From the NCBI GenBank assembly GCA_049600935.1, contig JBMYQB010000003.1, positions 9,113 through 73,112 on the forward strand: a stretch of 64,000 bases of DNA, read 5' to 3'. Source of the DNA: Poseidonia sp. GTDB lineage: Archaea > Thermoplasmatota > Poseidoniia > Poseidoniales > Poseidoniaceae. How positions within the stretch are numbered: the stretch's first letter is position 1; each line of letters starts with the position of its first letter. The position numbers were made by a program, and so were the translations under genes. The notes below the pieces were generated by a model. It did not search any database and was not told where the DNA came from. It worked only from the letters and a program-made list of their open reading frames with translations. Shown here piece after piece: positions 27,551-36,279 of the stretch.

Positions 27551-28684
27551 GTGAGGGGCGACCCTCACCGAGGTGAACCGATGGAAAAGAGTGAGTTTCT
27601 CGTGATACTCACCACGCCGTCAAGAAACGATGGAGTTCGCCTCCAAATCGAACGAGCTGTGGGCACGCATGGCAAACATCGTGACCTTCGACTCAAGCAA
27701 CTTCCGCACATGGAAACGGCGTTGCAAACGCTACGGGACGGCACGGGTGACATCCTCGCCATGAGTGCTTTTGACTGGCATGGCAACGACGTTGAAGGGT
27801 TGAGTATCGCCGGTTTACTTCCACGAAAGGAGCCAACATGGGTCCTCGTCGCCGATGACAAGCCAGAGTATCTTGAGCAGGGTGCAAAGGTGGTGTGCGA
27901 ACATGAATTGCTTCGTCGCCAAATGCGCCGAATGCGGCCCGACCTCGTGCTCGAAACCATTGAGGATGTTGCCGCCCGCCTCAAGGCAAAGGGCACCATC
28001 GCCGATATGGACAACGAGGAGATATGGCCGTGGATGGAAGAACAGCGCCTCGAGGGCAACATCGACGGGTTCATTGTCCCCCGAGCGATTCATGCCGGCC
28101 ATCGCATGAAAGGAAGACGACACACGCTTGGACTCCAACGCGACCAAACAGAGAACAACAGAGAACGTTTCATTCCACCGCCTTTGCACGGTTTCACCCT
28201 GCTCGTAACTCGCCAAGGATTCCCAAAGGCGAGCATTGTAGAAATGCTCGACCCAAGCGCCGAATTGGCCTATCGGCTGGAGACGGCCATCCTCGAGAGC
28301 CTTGACCCGTCCCTAAGATCCATCGTGGGTGCATACGTCGAACAGCGGAAAATTTCCACTTTCCTGAAAAAAGCCACACAGGAAAACGACGAGGCCCTCC
28401 TCACCTCGCTGGTGGACCCCAACAAAAAGCGGGGTGTGTTCAAAAGTGGCCCTCGGGTTGAGATGTTGATCGAAACGCTCAACCCGAGCGGGACGGTAAC
28501 GGCGGCGTGTGAACGTATTGTTCAACCTGAAAACAGCCACCTTGGCATGGTCAATCTCCTCAAGGAATTCATGGAATTGCTCTCGGTCATGACCACGGAC
28601 CACGAGGCAACAAAACGGAACATCATCGGTATGCCTGCATCCTTCATGGATGCGAGTCCACGACTGATGGACCTCAATGAGTGA
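27551..28684 (+). CDS. divergent hydroxymethylbilane synthase (HemC)-fold protein
   Basis: 377-aa ORF collinear with HemC. LVILTTPSRNDGVRLQ (vs IATRQSPLALWQ). DILAMSAFDWHGNDVEGLSIAGLLPRKEPTWVLV (vs DIAVHSMKDVP...GL...REDPRDA). ELLRRQMRRMRPDLVLETI (vs SSLRRQ..L..RPDL.I..LRGN). No clear counterpart of the cofactor-binding Cys loop was seen by eye. Likely start at MEKSEF (about 27581). Confidence 0.45.
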   Translation: MRGDPHRGEPMEKSEFLVILTTPSRNDGVRLQIERAVGTHGKHRDLRLKQLPHMETALQTLRDGTGDILAMSAFDWHGNDVEGLSIAGLLPRKEPTWVLVADDKPEYLEQGAKVVCEHELLRRQMRRMRPDLVLETIEDVAARLKAKGTIADMDNEEIWPWMEEQRLEGNIDGFIVPRAIHAGHRMKGRRHTLGLQRDQTENNRERFIPPPLHGFTLLVTRQGFPKASIVEMLDPSAELAYRLETAILESLDPSLRSIVGAYVEQRKISTFLKKATQENDEALLTSLVDPNKKRGVFKSGPRVEMLIETLNPSGTVTAACERIVQPENSHLGMVNLLKEFMELLSVMTTDHEATKRNIIGMPASFMDASPRLMDLNE

Positions 28685-28794
28685 AACCATCTCGGCTTCT
28701 CAGAAGACCCACGAGAACTGGCCTTCCTTGCCTCATTGGACGGCGAAGGCATATATGCTTTGAATGCGGCAAAAGCCGTAGAGGTGAGACGGTC

Positions 28795-30528
28795 ATGGAC
28801 ACATCAGCGTTGCTCGGCAAACTGTACCAAGCTCGTTTTGACGACCTCAAATCCATCGCTCAAGAACACGGAATTGCAAAATCTGGACCGGTTGAAAGCC
28901 TTCGTGCAAGGCTTATTCGACACCTCATCTTCCCGGATTGGGATTTCTCACCCGCAGGACTCCGAAGCATCTCGAACAGCGATTTAGGCGAAATTCTCGG
29001 TCTTTTTGGCATCAAAAAATCAGGGTCCATCAAGGCCCGTCGGCAACGACTTCACCTCCATCTGAACCACGACCCGAAATCACTTGCAGTGGAGCGTTTG
29101 GATGACATGACCAGAGACCAACTCCACGCCATGTGCAAGGATTTGGAACTCGCACTGTCCGGAAACAAACAGGCGCTTCTCGCCAGAGTTGCAGGCGTCC
29201 TCGCCTCACAAGAAAATGCGTGGGGGAAGGTCAAGAAGAGCCTGCGGCGCCCAAAAGGACCCATCAACGTCCCTCAGATGGCAGCGTCGTCCACCTCCTC
29301 GGCAGAGAGCAGTGTGGAGGAAACGGTCGCTTCGTTCGTCGAGGATCACGACGATGGATGGACCTACGAAGAAGAGCTCACGCTCAAAGAGGAACTGGCT
29401 GATGTCGGCCATGATGTTTCCTCATCGATGAACGATGCTGACCTTGAACGTCAATTGCGACCGGAGCCGGCCGAGGAAGTCGTCAGTATTCCACCGATGA
29501 TTCAACACACTGGTGCGGTTGAGACGCACAGTCTTGAGACGGAAACAGCCTTGATGGAACTGAGGGAGCGACACGCAGAGATTCAGGCGTTTGCAAGGGA
29601 TTTCCTGATGGTTAGTTCCACCACCAATCAAGACGATTTGAATGCCTTCATCGCCTCGCTGCGAGCACAAGGCTTCGCCACCGACCTTCCGCCTGTCCAC
29701 CAAGCCGTAGCGCAGGTCATCATGGAATTGGACTTTCATGTTCAAAACGAAAGCAAGGCGGCAACCGCCATGCCGCAATCGTGGAGTGAACGCGAGGCTC
29801 TTCGACGGTTTGAAGAAGTTCGCAGTACGTTGCGGGACCGATTGGAAAACATCCTCGCCCTCCATGCGGGCGATGTCGTCAAGGCACGAATGGCCTTTGA
29901 ACAAGAAGGAAGGGAATTGGAACTGGACCTTCGTGTCCCAAGCGTTTCTGGACGGCTGCACGCCCTGTTTGACCTTCACATTGAAATCGCTGAGTCCCAA
30001 GCCCTTCACGACCCCGTCGTACAACGACGCCAACGGATGATGCGCATCCTCCATCGTGGCGCAGTTCACATGCCCGAAAGCGAACGCATGACCATCGAGC
30101 GCCTTGAGAGAAACATCTCGTCCTTTGAGGAATTGGTTCAGACCATCCTTGAATCTGGAGAAGAAGGATTTGATGAAGCACAACAAGCGCTTGTCATTCG
30201 CTTCCTTGAATCAAAGGGCTACGACGTGAACACCAGCACCCTGCGACCCCGGATTCTCGCATGTGCGGGCATTCTCGGAGCTGAACTGGGCTACCTCTCC
30301 CCGAGCGAAATCCCACGAATTGCGCCTGGCGTTCTGGTCACAGAAACCGAGGTCGACGCCATCGTAACCGAACTGAAGTCGCTCGCTGCGAGTTTCAAAC
30401 CGTCTGAAGAGCAAGCCCCTGAAGAAGAAGCGGTGGCCGAGTCCGTCGCTGATGCATCCGACAGCCTTGCACGCGTACGAGGAAAAATCGACCGTGTAGA
30501 CGAACTTCTCAACCGTTTGAACGGATGA
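28795..30528 (+). CDS. hypothetical acidic protein with three tandem N-terminal SAP-like (helix-extended loop-helix) motifs
   Basis: Start set at MDTSALLGKLY (GAGGTGA SD 8 nt upstream). The track ORF begins at 28681 with non-homologous Arg/Cys-rich residues. Repeats: LKSIAQEHGIAKSGPVESLRARLIRHL, LGEILGLFGIKKSGSIKARRQRLHLHL and LHAMCKDLELALSGNKQALLARVAGVL fit the SAP consensus L..L...L...GL...G.K..L..RL. The rest is Glu/Asp-rich and predicted helical. Confidence 0.45.
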   Translation: MDTSALLGKLYQARFDDLKSIAQEHGIAKSGPVESLRARLIRHLIFPDWDFSPAGLRSISNSDLGEILGLFGIKKSGSIKARRQRLHLHLNHDPKSLAVERLDDMTRDQLHAMCKDLELALSGNKQALLARVAGVLASQENAWGKVKKSLRRPKGPINVPQMAASSTSSAESSVEETVASFVEDHDDGWTYEEELTLKEELADVGHDVSSSMNDADLERQLRPEPAEEVVSIPPMIQHTGAVETHSLETETALMELRERHAEIQAFARDFLMVSSTTNQDDLNAFIASLRAQGFATDLPPVHQAVAQVIMELDFHVQNESKAATAMPQSWSEREALRRFEEVRSTLRDRLENILALHAGDVVKARMAFEQEGRELELDLRVPSVSGRLHALFDLHIEIAESQALHDPVVQRRQRMMRILHRGAVHMPESERMTIERLERNISSFEELVQTILESGEEGFDEAQQALVIRFLESKGYDVNTSTLRPRILACAGILGAELGYLSPSEIPRIAPGVLVTETEVDAIVTELKSLAASFKPSEEQAPEEEAVAESVADASDSLARVRGKIDRVDELLNRLNG

Positions 30529-30529
30529 A

Positions 30530-31771
30530 TCAGTGCTGCTGGGCGTAGAAATTCTGCACCACCGATGTCACGGTTTGGATATCAGAAATGCCTCGTTGAC
30601 ACAAATCTTCGATGATGGCCTGTCGCTGGGCAACGTGGCGCTCAAACACGTCGGGCGTGACGCCCGCAGCGTTGCAGATGGTTTCACGCAACTTGGACGG
30701 AATACCGGTCTCCTCAATTTGGTCGGTCGCAGCGTTGTACTTCCAGATGGCGTTGAGACGTGGTTTGTCGCCTTCCATACCTGCGACCTCGGCAACTTCA
30801 GTGATTTTTCGAGCCGTTTTTCCATTGACGTGAAGACGGGCTTGAATGATGATAAGGTCAAGTCCACTCAACATGATGGGCGGCACGTTCATTGGTGGAT
30901 TGATCATACGTGTGACCGTTTCTTGAGCCGTGTTGGCGTGCAGGGAACCAAAGGAACCGTCGTGCCCGGTGTTCATCGCCGTGAGCAACGTTGCACATTC
31001 AGGTCCGCGAACTTCACCGACGATGATTCGGTCAGGGCGCATACGCAGGCTTGACTTCAAGCAGTCGTTCATGTCAACCTCAGGTGTTCCATCGGGTCGC
31101 TCACGACGAGTTTCCATACGCAGCCAGTGGTCATGGTAAACTTGCAATTCAGCCGTGTCTTCCACCGTGAGCAGGCGTCGAGACCAAGGAATGTACATCC
31201 CGAGGCAATTGAGCGTGGTGGTTTTACCTGAACCTGTTCCACCTGCAATAACAAAGTTGGCTGGACGGCTGTCGAGGCCTTCAATCCAAACCCACATCAT
31301 GGCAGCCAATCTGGAGTTCACCGTTCCAAAGTTGACGAGGTCAATCATTGTCAGAGGATCCTCCTTGAACTTTCGAATTGTCAGCGTTGGACCATCAGGA
31401 GAAACGGGGGGGATGGTTCCGTTCACACGGGAACCGTCAGGAAGGCGACCGTCAAAGATGGGGACCAATCCAGGACCGTCACCCAACGGGACGTTGGTGA
31501 ACGAGGCGATGTTTTTCGCAATTTGAAGGCCGGATTCATCGTCAATCCAGATGTTGGTTCTGCACATGCCGTGGTTACGATGGGCAACTTTCACACACTG
31601 GGTTCCGCCGTTGTACATCACTTCTTCAAGCGCATCGTCCTCAAAAAGCGCTGCGAGGTCGCCGTACGGGTTGGCTTGAATGTCGCCTTCGACGTGGTAA
31701 ATGGGTGAGGGATGGTTCGCCTCGGTGTAGATTGTCACTCGTCCGTATTGTTCTAGAATTTCTTCTGACAT
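30530..31771 (-). CDS. type II/IV secretion system ATPase (archaeal pilus/archaellum assembly ATPase, FlaI/TadA-like)
   Basis: 413-aa ORF. Walker A AGGTGSGKTTTLN. Asp box and Walker B (LRMRPDRIIVGEVRG). His box (TGHDGSFGSLHAN). Characteristic of VirB11/PilB/FlaI ATPases. Confidence 0.85.
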   Translation of the reverse strand: MSEEILEQYGRVTIYTEANHPSPIYHVEGDIQANPYGDLAALFEDDALEEVMYNGGTQCVKVAHRNHGMCRTNIWIDDESGLQIAKNIASFTNVPLGDGPGLVPIFDGRLPDGSRVNGTIPPVSPDGPTLTIRKFKEDPLTMIDLVNFGTVNSRLAAMMWVWIEGLDSRPANFVIAGGTGSGKTTTLNCLGMYIPWSRRLLTVEDTAELQVYHDHWLRMETRRERPDGTPEVDMNDCLKSSLRMRPDRIIVGEVRGPECATLLTAMNTGHDGSFGSLHANTAQETVTRMINPPMNVPPIMLSGLDLIIIQARLHVNGKTARKITEVAEVAGMEGDKPRLNAIWKYNAATDQIEETGIPSKLRETICNAAGVTPDVFERHVAQRQAIIEDLCQRGISDIQTVTSVVQNFYAQQH

Positions 31772-31774
31772 GGT

Positions 31775-32506
31775 TCATCCTCCAACTGCTTTTACGGCCC
31801 CGAGGTAGAGGCCCATTGAGACGGTCATCCAAAGTGGAAGCCACCAAAGTGTGTCTTTGAGACGACCCATCATTCGTCCAGAGACACTCACGGCAACCGC
31901 CGAGGCGGCTGCAAAGAAGAGACTGAAGGTTTGGTTAAATCCGGTGATTTGGAAGCCTTTGCTGGCCGGTGCGAAGAGGCCAACGATGAAGGCAATAAGA
32001 ACTGGTAAGCCGACGCTTACAAAGATGATAATGAGCATGCCCCGGCCGGAAAGTTCGCTCTCACGCTGATTCATCAAGTCGTTTAATCGCTCGTAATCTC
32101 GGCTCAAATCACTCAAGATGTCTCGAAGGCTGGAGTCTTGCTGAATAGCCGTTTCAATGAGCATCATCACGCGCTGAACCTGGCTCGACCGCGTTTTTGC
32201 AGCGAAGGCCGAAAGGCTCGCTTCAAACGAAGATGCGTGGGCTTCTTTCAACGTCTCTGAAAGCAGCGTTGCGAGGGGGCCGTTGTTGGATTCAGATTGT
32301 TCCATCATCGCTTCCTGCAGACCTCGACCAGCACCCACCGAATCAGAAAGTGCTTCGAGGAAAGTGGGCAATTCATTCTCAATGGCTCGGCGACGACGGC
32401 GCTCTAGCATTGGAGGGATGCCGCCGCCGATGCAAGCAACAGCAATCACGGCAAGATACAGCAACAGAGGGGATTCGTTGAAGGATTCGAGAAAACCGAA
32501 AATCAT
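31775..32506 (-). CDS. T2SSF-domain polytopic membrane protein (TadC/FlaJ C-terminal half-like)
   Basis: 243-aa ORF. One TM plus a cytoplasmic helical domain plus two C-terminal TMs, the type-II-secretion-F domain pattern. In frame with the upstream T2SSF ORF, separated by one TGA. Confidence 0.55.
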   Translation of the reverse strand: MIFGFLESFNESPLLLYLAVIAVACIGGGIPPMLERRRRRAIENELPTFLEALSDSVGAGRGLQEAMMEQSESNNGPLATLLSETLKEAHASSFEASLSAFAAKTRSSQVQRVMMLIETAIQQDSSLRDILSDLSRDYERLNDLMNQRESELSGRGMLIIIFVSVGLPVLIAFIVGLFAPASKGFQITGFNQTFSLFFAAASAVAVSVSGRMMGRLKDTLWWLPLWMTVSMGLYLGAVKAVGG

Positions 32507-32515
32507 CTTCCCACC

Positions 32516-33097
32516 TCACAACCCCGGGTCCTTTGTGTGCGCCTTCAAACCGATAAGCGCCATGCCAACCAGTGTCATCAACAAGCCCATGTTGACCACG
32601 CTGTTGATGACCGCCGGTTCGGGCAAGGACATGAACGCCCCGAGATCACCGGACATCAATTGTGGAACAAGGCCTACAATGGCAAGGATGATGGGACCAA
32701 TCATGCCTATAGAAAGCAGGGTTTCGGGTACACCACCAAGCGCTTCAATGTATTTTTCAACTTCTTCAGAGCGCTCTTCTTCCATTCTCGCACCCTGTTT
32801 CTTGAGCGTCTCAACCAAGTCGGTGTTCTGGGTGACGTTGGTGTAAAGGGTGTTGAGGAGTCGCTTGTAGCCAGCCGACTGGGCTGTCTTCATGAGACCT
32901 TTGAGTTCCTTGTCCAGTCCGCCACCGGTACCTTTTCTCAATCGCTTCATCATCGCTGAAAAATCTTCAGAAATAAGGCCGTAGCCTCCTTTGCCAATCG
33001 TGTGAATGGCAGCTTCAAGACCGACACCGGATGACATCAACACGTCCATGGTTCGAATCACATAGAGGAGTTCGCGCTTTTCCTCCAGTTCTCGCAC
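32516..33097 (-). CDS. T2SSF-domain membrane protein (TadB/FlaJ N-terminal half-like)
   Basis: 193-aa ORF. Cytoplasmic helical segment followed by hydrophobic helices (MIGPIILAIVGLVPQL, VVNMGLLMTLVGMALIGL). Gene order with the ATPase is typical of archaeal Tad-like pilus loci. Confidence 0.55.
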   Translation of the reverse strand: MRELEEKRELLYVIRTMDVLMSSGVGLEAAIHTIGKGGYGLISEDFSAMMKRLRKGTGGGLDKELKGLMKTAQSAGYKRLLNTLYTNVTQNTDLVETLKKQGARMEEERSEEVEKYIEALGGVPETLLSIGMIGPIILAIVGLVPQLMSGDLGAFMSLPEPAVINSVVNMGLLMTLVGMALIGLKAHTKDPGL

Positions 33098-33110
33098 CCT
33101 TATCGCCTCC

Positions 33111-33464
33111 TCAAATCACGTCTTCCAGAAGCTCAAAGTGGAACGATTCGTTGGAACTGTCATATTCCATCACAGCAAAAATGACCTTCACGTCTCGCTC
33201 TTCGAAAGGATCGTGAATGTAGGGCTGCCCGGTTCGGAACATGGCCACGATTCGCTTGTATTCGTCAAGCGTAAGTTCACCACGCACCGTGTAGAGGGTT
33301 GATTCTGAACCTTCATCGTGCAGGTCATCGCCCTCTTGACCACGCACAACGGTGCGTGTCAGACGACGTGTCATTCTCACTTTGATGTCTGCGTTGCCAA
33401 TTCGCACCCAATCCGAACTTGATGTGCCCGTTGCGGGGCGAATAAAGAAATCCATTCCAGCCAT
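33111..33464 (-). CDS. hypothetical small protein, first gene of the pilus-assembly cluster
   Basis: 117-aa soluble ORF with no recognisable motif. 13 nt upstream of the T2SSF gene on the same strand. Confidence 0.35.
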   Translation of the reverse strand: MAGMDFFIRPATGTSSSDWVRIGNADIKVRMTRRLTRTVVRGQEGDDLHDEGSESTLYTVRGELTLDEYKRIVAMFRTGQPYIHDPFEERDVKVIFAVMEYDSSNESFHFELLEDVI

Positions 33465-33520
33465 GTCTGACCCCTATCCTCTCCACAGCGTGAGAAGAAC
33501 TTGAATGTGTTGGATGCAGA

Positions 33521-34453
33521 TTATTCAGAAGCGGCGAGTCTGAACCATCCAAATCGGGGTTCGTCAAGCGTTCCACCGTCGAGCATCTCTTCCAGCTTTC
33601 CTTCGGCAACCTCTCTGACAAATCCACGAGCAACAGCGTTCTTCAGCAGTGTATCGAAGGTCACGCCCTCACCCTGGTCGAGATGGCCAATCGCTTGCAG
33701 GAGGAAGGCCTCAACGTCCTGTCCACCGTCACCACCACCATCGCTTGCCTCGCCGTCAGGCAACGACATCACTGGAGGTGGCGTTGTAGCAGCTTCAATA
33801 CGGCCTTCGGCGATGTCCAATGCCTGCATCAAATTCAGTTTGAACGGTTCAAGGTCGACCTCGCCGTAATGGTTTCGAGCAGCGAGAAGGCTGTCCGGCA
33901 AGTCCGCTCGCCCAAAGGCATCGAGCGTTGGCTCAACCTCCAAGGAAACGGTGAACCGGTTCATTCGCTCCATGGTGGCTTGGCATGCATCCAGGAGCCA
34001 GTTGGCGTAAACTTCCCTGCTAACCACGCACGCTTCCTCGGGCCGGAGGGACGTGTAGACGGCTCCTTCGTCGGTTTGATACCATCGTGTTTTCGAAGTC
34101 ATCATGACCAGAAGAGGTTCACCATCGTTCAGTCGTTCCGTCCATTGATGGGCAAGTTCCTGCATGGTCTCTGAATTGTATTCACCGACCGAGAAATAAT
34201 GCAGACCTGTTGGATCTCGTAGCTGGCCCTGGTAGAGCGAAGAACCGTTGCTGGTCTCACGCAGCTCAAGTCGCTCAAGAAGGCCTGCAGCCACGATTCT
34301 GTTGACCTTCGCACCCAATTTCGTGATCACAAAGGATGGGTCGTACTCTCCGGACCCCTTCTCGTGGAGTGTGGCGCTCCCAAATTCAGACGCCAACAAT
34401 AAATGCGCAGGTTGGCGAGCGATGCGAGCACGCTCCATCAGGCCCACCCCCAC
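33521..34453 (-). CDS. RPA-associated protein (Rpap-like, COG3390-type OB-fold protein)
   Basis: 310-aa ORF immediately downstream of, and overlapping by 16 nt, the RPA gene, as in euryarchaeal rpa-rpap operons. N-terminal OB-like segment (FVITKLGAKVNRIVAAGLLERLELRETSNGSSLYQGQLRDPTG) and an acidic C-terminal region. Confidence 0.5.
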   Translation of the reverse strand: MGVGLMERARIARQPAHLLLASEFGSATLHEKGSGEYDPSFVITKLGAKVNRIVAAGLLERLELRETSNGSSLYQGQLRDPTGLHYFSVGEYNSETMQELAHQWTERLNDGEPLLVMMTSKTRWYQTDEGAVYTSLRPEEACVVSREVYANWLLDACQATMERMNRFTVSLEVEPTLDAFGRADLPDSLLAARNHYGEVDLEPFKLNLMQALDIAEGRIEAATTPPPVMSLPDGEASDGGGDGGQDVEAFLLQAIGHLDQGEGVTFDTLLKNAVARGFVREVAEGKLEEMLDGGTLDEPRFGWFRLAASE

Positions 34454-36120
34454 TGTGTTCGCAACTCTGTGGCACGCAACTGAGCATCGTGTTGCTCAAT
34501 CTCAAATCCGTCTGCCAGAATCATGGCACCCTGCTCGTCGACGATGCTTCGTCCGGACACGTTGATGCGTCGTCCGAGCATCTTCTCACGAACGAGTTGA
34601 ACAAAGCCCGTTTCTCCAAGTTCGTCGACCTTGGATTTCATGTCTTCATGGGTCATTTCAAGCGCAGCGAGCGTGGCGTCTTTGTTCACGAGGACAGCAG
34701 CGGTCGCTCCGTCATTGTCCATCACCAGCCGCAAACGAATGTCTTCGGCACCTTCGTTGGCACCGTGGTCAAAGCACGCACCATCACGGAGGACGCGGCG
34801 ACATTCCGTGCATCGCATGATGAAGCCAGAATCGTCTCGCACGCTGACCAGCAGGCCGTTGGTTTTCATTCCCACTCGGCTCGGCCCAGCAACGACTTCT
34901 GTAAGGGCAACATCAACGGAATGATTGGCGAGGTCCATGCCCTCATCCCATGGTGGCGTGTCAAGGACGGTCAATTGGTCGGCATTATCGACCGTGATGT
35001 CTGGAATGCCCTGCCAGGCACGCACCCGTGCTCCACGAATTTCCATCGTAACGGGAAGGTCGGTTTCCTCAAACGGCAAAGCATCCCAGATGCTGATTCG
35101 ACAGCGTCCCGTTGGGTCTGCAATCTGGCCTGACCAGAGGAACTTCTCTTCACCGTCTCGCTCAAATGTTCGTTTGGTGATTTCGGTGATTTGGACGATG
35201 GCGTCGACATCCCGTGAACCGTCTCGCAGTCCAGAAATCTTCGTTTTTGTGCTTTCAGCGAGCGTCTCAAGGTCAGCGAAATTGGTGTCGTGGAACACTT
35301 CAATTCGAGTTGTTCTCCCAAAGTTCAATTCGGGCGTATCTCGGAAGCTTCGGACTTGGGCACCGTCGATTTTGAGCAAGGTTCCAACCTCGTGTTCAAA
35401 CGGTTCCCAGGAAAGGAAACCGATGGTACCCGTATCGTCGGCGATTCGGCCACGGACCACATCAATTGAACCTGAACCGTCCTTCCGATGAATCTGATCC
35501 GGTCGGCAAGCCAAAACACGACCGACGACACAGATGTATCCCTCTTTGGGAATGGCCTGGATGTCGATGGGGTCATTGGATGCTACCGTGGTAGCGACGC
35601 CTTCTTTGAGGACCACGATTCGGGTAGACTGGTTAATGTTGAGGGACATTTTTCCGTTGTACTCGTTGACGCTGGCGCCTTCGATACGAACGATGCTTCC
35701 TGAGGCAAGATTGGCATGCGGGCCCCAATCTTTGTAGTCCCATCGGGTGCGTTGGCCGTTTTCTTCCCAAGGATTGTCTTCCAGCATTCCGAAGGCGATT
35801 TGCTTCTCTTCGCCTCGAATCATTTGATCTCTGATGTTGTGTGTGATAATGGCCACTTCAATCTCTACATCACGGTCGCTACCCGTGAGTTCCGACAAAC
35901 CAGCGACCTTCTTGGTCTCACGGGTTGTCGTTCCTCCACCGGATGGCGCAGGAGACGTACCGCTTTGGAAGCGTCGAAGCACCGAACGCATAGCGTCCTG
36001 AGGCGGAATGTAGAATTCTTGTTCGTACTTTGCAAACGCCTCTGCAATTTCTGTCGCATCAGCATCCGGACATTCTTTTTGAACGGCCTCAACATAGTCT
36101 GCATACTTGCTTTCAGACAT
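34438..36120 (-). CDS. rpa: replication protein A (ssDNA-binding protein, multi-OB-fold with C-terminal zinc finger)
   Basis: 560-aa ORF with three or four OB-fold repeats (e.g. GSIVRIEGASVNEYNGKMSLNINQSTRIVVL, GRCRISIWDALPFEETDLPVTMEIRGARV) and the C4-type zinc motif CTECRRVLRDGACFDHG typical of archaeal RPA1. Confidence 0.8.
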   Translation of the reverse strand: MSESKYADYVEAVQKECPDADATEIAEAFAKYEQEFYIPPQDAMRSVLRRFQSGTSPAPSGGGTTTRETKKVAGLSELTGSDRDVEIEVAIITHNIRDQMIRGEEKQIAFGMLEDNPWEENGQRTRWDYKDWGPHANLASGSIVRIEGASVNEYNGKMSLNINQSTRIVVLKEGVATTVASNDPIDIQAIPKEGYICVVGRVLACRPDQIHRKDGSGSIDVVRGRIADDTGTIGFLSWEPFEHEVGTLLKIDGAQVRSFRDTPELNFGRTTRIEVFHDTNFADLETLAESTKTKISGLRDGSRDVDAIVQITEITKRTFERDGEEKFLWSGQIADPTGRCRISIWDALPFEETDLPVTMEIRGARVRAWQGIPDITVDNADQLTVLDTPPWDEGMDLANHSVDVALTEVVAGPSRVGMKTNGLLVSVRDDSGFIMRCTECRRVLRDGACFDHGANEGAEDIRLRLVMDNDGATAAVLVNKDATLAALEMTHEDMKSKVDELGETGFVQLVREKMLGRRINVSGRSIVDEQGAMILADGFEIEQHDAQLRATELRTQWGWA

Positions 36121-36279
36121 CGCATTGACCTCCGACAGGCGTTGTTGTTCGTGGCCTGTGCGGAGAACAGGCGGCGGGTTTTCGTGCGGGTTGGTTAAGT
36201 TTGGACACTCCCTTGACCTCCATGGGACGTCTTACCAACGACGACGGGTCATAAAGAATCCCGTGGGGATGTTTGGGGC

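Noticed and set aside
28141-28160. Short direct repeat cagagaaca-cagagaacg
   Set aside because: Two copies only, inside the HemC-like coding sequence (encodes QTENNRER). Not a CRISPR or satellite repeat.
34336-35491. Plus-strand ORFs (265 aa, 188 aa) within the rpa/rpap region
   Set aside because: Antisense to the multi-OB-fold RPA gene. Ser/Arg-rich with no motifs. Rejected as shadow ORFs.
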